In this document: positions 60,202 to 64,000 of the stretch, one piece after another
Position numbering within the stretch: position 1 is the stretch's first letter
Layout: the number at the start of each line of letters is the position of its first letter
Source of the DNA: an uncultured Gemmatimonadaceae bacterium
GTDB lineage: Bacteria; Gemmatimonadota; Gemmatimonadetes; Gemmatimonadales; Gemmatimonadaceae
Length of the DNA: 64,000 nucleotides
Assembly: GCA_963817955.1 (NCBI GenBank)
Contig: CAWFQK010000004.1
Location: forward strand, 128,001 to 192,000
Reading direction: 5' to 3'
The notes under the pieces: model-generated
What the model was told of the DNA's origin: nothing
The model's input: only the letters and a program-made list of their open reading frames with translations
The model's database searches: none
Translations under genes and position numbers: made by a program

Positions 60202-61197
60202 ATGACCGACGTCGTCGCCCTCGCTGCCGAATTGCTCACGATCGACTCGTCCACCGGTGCCGAAGGCGGCACGGTGGATTTCGTTTCAAAATGGCTTGTC
60301 GCCCGCGGATGGAACGTGTCGCTGCAGGAGGTCACGCGCGGGCGTGCGAATGTTTGGGCCTCGCGTTCCGGCCACGGCGTCACATTGTCGACGCACCTCG
60401 ATACTGTGCCGCCATACACGGCACCGCGCCTCGAGGGCGATCGGCTGTACGGCCGCGGCGCCTGCGACGCAAAGGGTATCGCTGCCGCCATGCTCGTGGC
60501 CGCGGACAACCTGGCGAATGGAGGTGAGCAACGCGTCGATCTGTTGTTTGTCGTCGGGGAGGAAAAGGGGTCGGACGGCGCGCGCGCCGCGAACCGCCTT
60601 GCCGCCACGAGCAAGTTCCTCGTCAACGGCGAGCCGACGGAAAGCAAACTCGCCAGTGGCGCCAAAGGATCGCTTCGCGTCACCGTGCGTACGCGGGGTC
60701 GGGCGGCGCATTCGGCGTATTCGCACCTCGGCGAGTCCGCAATCACGCCCATGCTCGCACTCTTGCCAACTGTGGAGCACTTGCAATTGCCCACCGACGA
60801 GCTGCTCGGTGAGACAACCGTGAATATCGGCACGTTGCGCGGCGGTACCGAGGCGAACATCGTCCCGGCGGAGGCGGAAGCCGAGATGATGTTCCGGATC
60901 GTGGGCGACGTGAAGCCGGTTCGCGCCAAGATCGACGCCTGGGCCAAGGGACGCGCCGAGCTGGAGTACGGATCGTACATCCCGGCGCAGCACTTTCATA
61001 CGCTGCCAGGCTTTGACGCCGCACCGGTGGCGTACACATCGGATATCCCGCTGCTCGGCAAGTGGGGTACGCCGTTGCTGTTCGGGCCGGGATCAATCCT
61101 CGTAGCACACACGCCCGATGAGTACATCGACGTCAACGAGCTCCGTGCGGCAGTCGACGCATACGAGCGCATCGTGCGGAGCCTGTTGAGCGCATGA
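60202..61197 (+). CDS. M20 family (ArgE/DapE-like) deacylase
   Basis: THLDTVP, GRGACDAKG, GEE, GEPT, AHTPDE. Confidence 0.9.
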   Translation: MTDVVALAAELLTIDSSTGAEGGTVDFVSKWLVARGWNVSLQEVTRGRANVWASRSGHGVTLSTHLDTVPPYTAPRLEGDRLYGRGACDAKGIAAAMLVAADNLANGGEQRVDLLFVVGEEKGSDGARAANRLAATSKFLVNGEPTESKLASGAKGSLRVTVRTRGRAAHSAYSHLGESAITPMLALLPTVEHLQLPTDELLGETTVNIGTLRGGTEANIVPAEAEAEMMFRIVGDVKPVRAKIDAWAKGRAELEYGSYIPAQHFHTLPGFDAAPVAYTSDIPLLGKWGTPLLFGPGSILVAHTPDEYIDVNELRAAVDAYERIVRSLLSA

Positions 61198-62264
61198 CGA
61201 CGCCTCTGACGCGCCGCCACCGTGTTGCGGTTCTAGGCGCCACCGGAGCCGTGGGACAGGCTTTCGTCCGGCTGCTGGCGAATCATCCGTGGTTCGAGTT
61301 GGCCGAGCTTGCTGCATCGGAGCGGTCCGCGGGCAAGCCGTACGCCCAGGCGACGCGCTGGATTGGCTCTGACGAGATGCCCGCCTCGGTGGCGGGAATG
61401 ACCGTACAGCCGTGCGATCCGGCGCACATTTCCGCGGACATTGTGTTCTCGGCGCTCGATTCAGCCGTGGCCGGCGACGCCGAGCCAGCGTTCGCGCGCG
61501 CCGGCAAGGTCGTACTGACGAACGCCAAGAACTACCGCATGGACCCGGATGTGCCGCTCGTGATCGCCGAGGTCAATCCCTCCCACCTCGACATTCTCGA
61601 GGCGCAGCGGCGCGGCCGCGGGTGGAGTGGTGCGATCGTGGCGAACGGCAACTGTGCATCGATCGTGGCCGCGCTGGCGCTGGCGCCAATCCATGAGCGC
61701 TTTGGTATTGCGAAACTCATGGTCATGACGATGCAGGCGGTGTCCGGCGCTGGGTACCCGGGTGTGCCGACGCTCGACATTCTCGGAAACGTCATTCCGT
61801 TCATCAATGACGAAGAGCCCAAGATCGAGACCGAGATTCAGAAGTTCCTCGGCACTACCAGCGGTCCGACCATTGCCCACGCTGCGTTCCCGGTGAGCGC
61901 ACACGCGAACCGTGTTCCCGTCGAGCACGGTCATACCATCTGCATGTCGATCGCGCTCAAGACCAAGGCGGATGCCGGCGCGGTGGAACGCGCCATCGCC
62001 GACTGGCGCGGCGCGGAATCGGCGCGCAAGCTGCCGACTGCGCCGGCGCGTCCGGTAGTTCTCACCGCACGGCCGGACCAGCCGCAGCCGCGCCGCCAGG
62101 TGAACACCGGCAACGGCATGACTGTCGTCGTCGGACGCGTGCGCGCCGATCCAATCTTCGACGTGAAACTCGTCGCCATGGGACACAACGTGGTGCGCGG
62201 TGCGGCCGGCGCTTCGGTGCTGAACGCCGAGCTCATGGTGCACCGCGGCCTGCTCGACGGCTGA
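61194..62264 (+). CDS. asd: Aspartate-semialdehyde dehydrogenase
   Basis: GATGAVG, NGNC, QAVSGAG, RVPVEHGH, HNVVRGAAG. Confidence 0.95.
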   Translation: MTTPLTRRHRVAVLGATGAVGQAFVRLLANHPWFELAELAASERSAGKPYAQATRWIGSDEMPASVAGMTVQPCDPAHISADIVFSALDSAVAGDAEPAFARAGKVVLTNAKNYRMDPDVPLVIAEVNPSHLDILEAQRRGRGWSGAIVANGNCASIVAALALAPIHERFGIAKLMVMTMQAVSGAGYPGVPTLDILGNVIPFINDEEPKIETEIQKFLGTTSGPTIAHAAFPVSAHANRVPVEHGHTICMSIALKTKADAGAVERAIADWRGAESARKLPTAPARPVVLTARPDQPQPRRQVNTGNGMTVVVGRVRADPIFDVKLVAMGHNVVRGAAGASVLNAELMVHRGLLDG

Positions 62265-63625
62265 TGATCGTTCTCAAATTCGGCGGAACGTCCGTCGGTG
62301 ACGCCGAAGCCATCACGCGGACGGGACGCATCGTGGCGACGCGCGCCAACGCAGGCGCCATTGTCGTGGTGTCGGCGCTCGGGGGCGTCACGAACGCGCT
62401 CCTCTCGATTGCCGAGCACGCCGTCAAGCGAAACCTGATCGGCGCGCTGCGGGGCGTGGAAGCGCTGCGTGAGCGACATCTCGAGCAGGCGGAACTGCTG
62501 CTCGGCGCCACCGACGAATGTGCCGACACGTGCGCTGAATTGAGCGTCATGATCGACGAGCTGGCCCAGCTCGCCGAGGCGCTGGCAACGCTCGGCGATC
62601 TGACACCGCGCAGCCTCGACGCCATCGCGTCGTTGGGCGAGAAGATGTCCTCATTGTTGTGCGTTGCCGCATTCAAGCAGTTGGGCGTTCCAGCCGTGCA
62701 CGTGGACGCATGCGACGTCATGATCACCGATGCCACGTTCACGCGCGCCGAGCCACAGACCGAAGCCATCGCCGCGGCCTGCCGCACGGCGATCCTCCCG
62801 CTCGTTCGCGCGGGTCAGGTGCCGGTGCTGGGCGGTTTCATCGGATCCGTGGAGGGCACCGGGATCACCACCACGCTCGGCCGCGGTGGCAGCGACTACA
62901 GCGCCTCGTTGATCGGCGCGGCCGTGCACGCCGACGCCATCGAGATCTGGACCGACGTGGACGGCATGCTCACGGCCGATCCACGGGTGGTGCCGGGGGC
63001 GCAACTCATAGAGCAGATCGCGTTCGACGAAGCATCGGAACTGGCATCGTTCGGCGCGAAGGTATTGCACCCGAACACCATTGCGCCCGCGGTGCGGCTC
63101 GGCATTCCGGTGTACGTGCTGAATTCGCGGCGGCCCCACGGCACGGGCACCAAGATCACGTTCGACGCACCCAAGCGGCCGGTGAGCGCCATCGCCGGCA
63201 AGAACAACGTATCGCTGGTGAAGGTCGGCTCGTCGCGCATGCTGCTCACGGAGGGATTTCTCCGGGCGCTCTTTGAGATCTTCGAACGACACCGCACGTC
63301 GGTGGACGTCGTCGCTACGTCGGAGGTGTCGGTGTCACTCACGGTCGACGACTCGTCGCGCCTCGAGATGATTCTGTCCGATCTGCGCGCGCTTGGCGAC
63401 GTCGCGGTCGAGCGCAATCGTGGCATCGTCGCGGTCGTTGGCGGATCCATCTCCGACGGTGGCGAGACGATGGCGCGCGCACTGCACGCAATCGGCGGCG
63501 TCCGTGTGCACATGCTGTCGCTCAGCGCCACGGGCATCAACCTGACCATGGTGGTGGATGACGAGCACGTGCAGCCGGCAATCCAACGGCTACACGCCGC
63601 GTTCTTTGGCGGAGGAGCAACATGA
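62264..63625 (+). CDS. lysC: Aspartate kinase
   Basis: KFGGTSV, TTLGRGGSDYSA, GAKVLHP, ACT domains. Confidence 0.95.
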   Translation: MIVLKFGGTSVGDAEAITRTGRIVATRANAGAIVVVSALGGVTNALLSIAEHAVKRNLIGALRGVEALRERHLEQAELLLGATDECADTCAELSVMIDELAQLAEALATLGDLTPRSLDAIASLGEKMSSLLCVAAFKQLGVPAVHVDACDVMITDATFTRAEPQTEAIAAACRTAILPLVRAGQVPVLGGFIGSVEGTGITTTLGRGGSDYSASLIGAAVHADAIEIWTDVDGMLTADPRVVPGAQLIEQIAFDEASELASFGAKVLHPNTIAPAVRLGIPVYVLNSRRPHGTGTKITFDAPKRPVSAIAGKNNVSLVKVGSSRMLLTEGFLRALFEIFERHRTSVDVVATSEVSVSLTVDDSSRLEMILSDLRALGDVAVERNRGIVAVVGGSISDGGETMARALHAIGGVRVHMLSLSATGINLTMVVDDEHVQPAIQRLHAAFFGGGAT

Positions 63626-64000
63626 CGCGTCGGTTGGCGATCGTCGGCATGGGAAAGATGGGTCACGCCGTCAGCGAGCTTGCACCGTCGCGCGGGTGGG
63701 ACGTGGTGGCTCGGCTCGACGCAGCGGCCACGAAACAGGGCATTACCAGAGAGGCGTTGGCCGGTGCAGACGTGGCGGTGGAGTTCACGACGCCCAGCGC
63801 CGCGCCGGCGAACATTCGCGCCCTCGTGGCAGCGCATTGTCCAGTGGTGGTCGGCACCACCGGGTGGTACGATGCCATGCCGAGCCTGCGCCAGGACGTG
63901 GAGGCGGATAATGGTGCGCTGCTCGCGGCAGCGAATTTCTCCCTTGGCGTGAACATCTTCGAGCAGATCGTGGAGACCGCGGCGCGCCTGTTATCGCGCG
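63622..64000 (+). CDS. dapB: 4-hydroxy-tetrahydrodipicolinate reductase (3' truncated by window)
   Basis: GMGKMG, EFTTP, VGTTG, ANFSLGVN. Confidence 0.92.
   Translation, partial: MTRRLAIVGMGKMGHAVSELAPSRGWDVVARLDAAATKQGITREALAGADVAVEFTTPSAAPANIRALVAAHCPVVVGTTGWYDAMPSLRQDVEADNGALLAAANFSLGVNIFEQIVETAARLLSR

Overview
High-GC bacterial chromosome segment. Gene order and several lineage-typical hypothetical proteins suggest Gemmatimonadota (inference, not a database result). Bases 1-39.3 kb are mostly housekeeping: dnaJ-prmA-rsmE-HIT-yqeY-mutS2-dnaG-recJ-rsmD-coaD-pta, a STAS/anti-sigma/PP2C partner-switching trio, rsmA, rex divergent from arcA with a perfect Rex operator, infC(AUU)-rpmI-rplT, pheST-zapA-putative 6S RNA-rny, folD-xseAB-ispA-dxs-nadK-recN. 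folD, dxs and one hypothetical gene carry single-base frameshifts that are probably assembly errors. tRNA-Gly(GCC) and tRNA-Leu(TAA) are followed by a ~15.2-kb island bounded by an exact 60-bp duplication of the tRNA-Leu 3' part and identical 20-bp arm-type-like doublets, but no integrase was recognised. The island contains a broken IS256 apparently nested in an IS903-like remnant, a lipoprotein subtilase with 7 PKD domains, and an Ig-domain lipoprotein bracketed by two diverged 179-bp self-complementary non-coding elements (the most unexplained signal here). It also holds a truncated TPR protein, an orphan iteron origin, RusA and DnaB relics, and an intact nucleotidyltransferase gene. After the island come ndh, tkt, a DdrA/Rad52-like two-gene unit and an M20-asd-lysC-dapB lysine cluster. 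All calls are from manual motif recognition; no searches were run.
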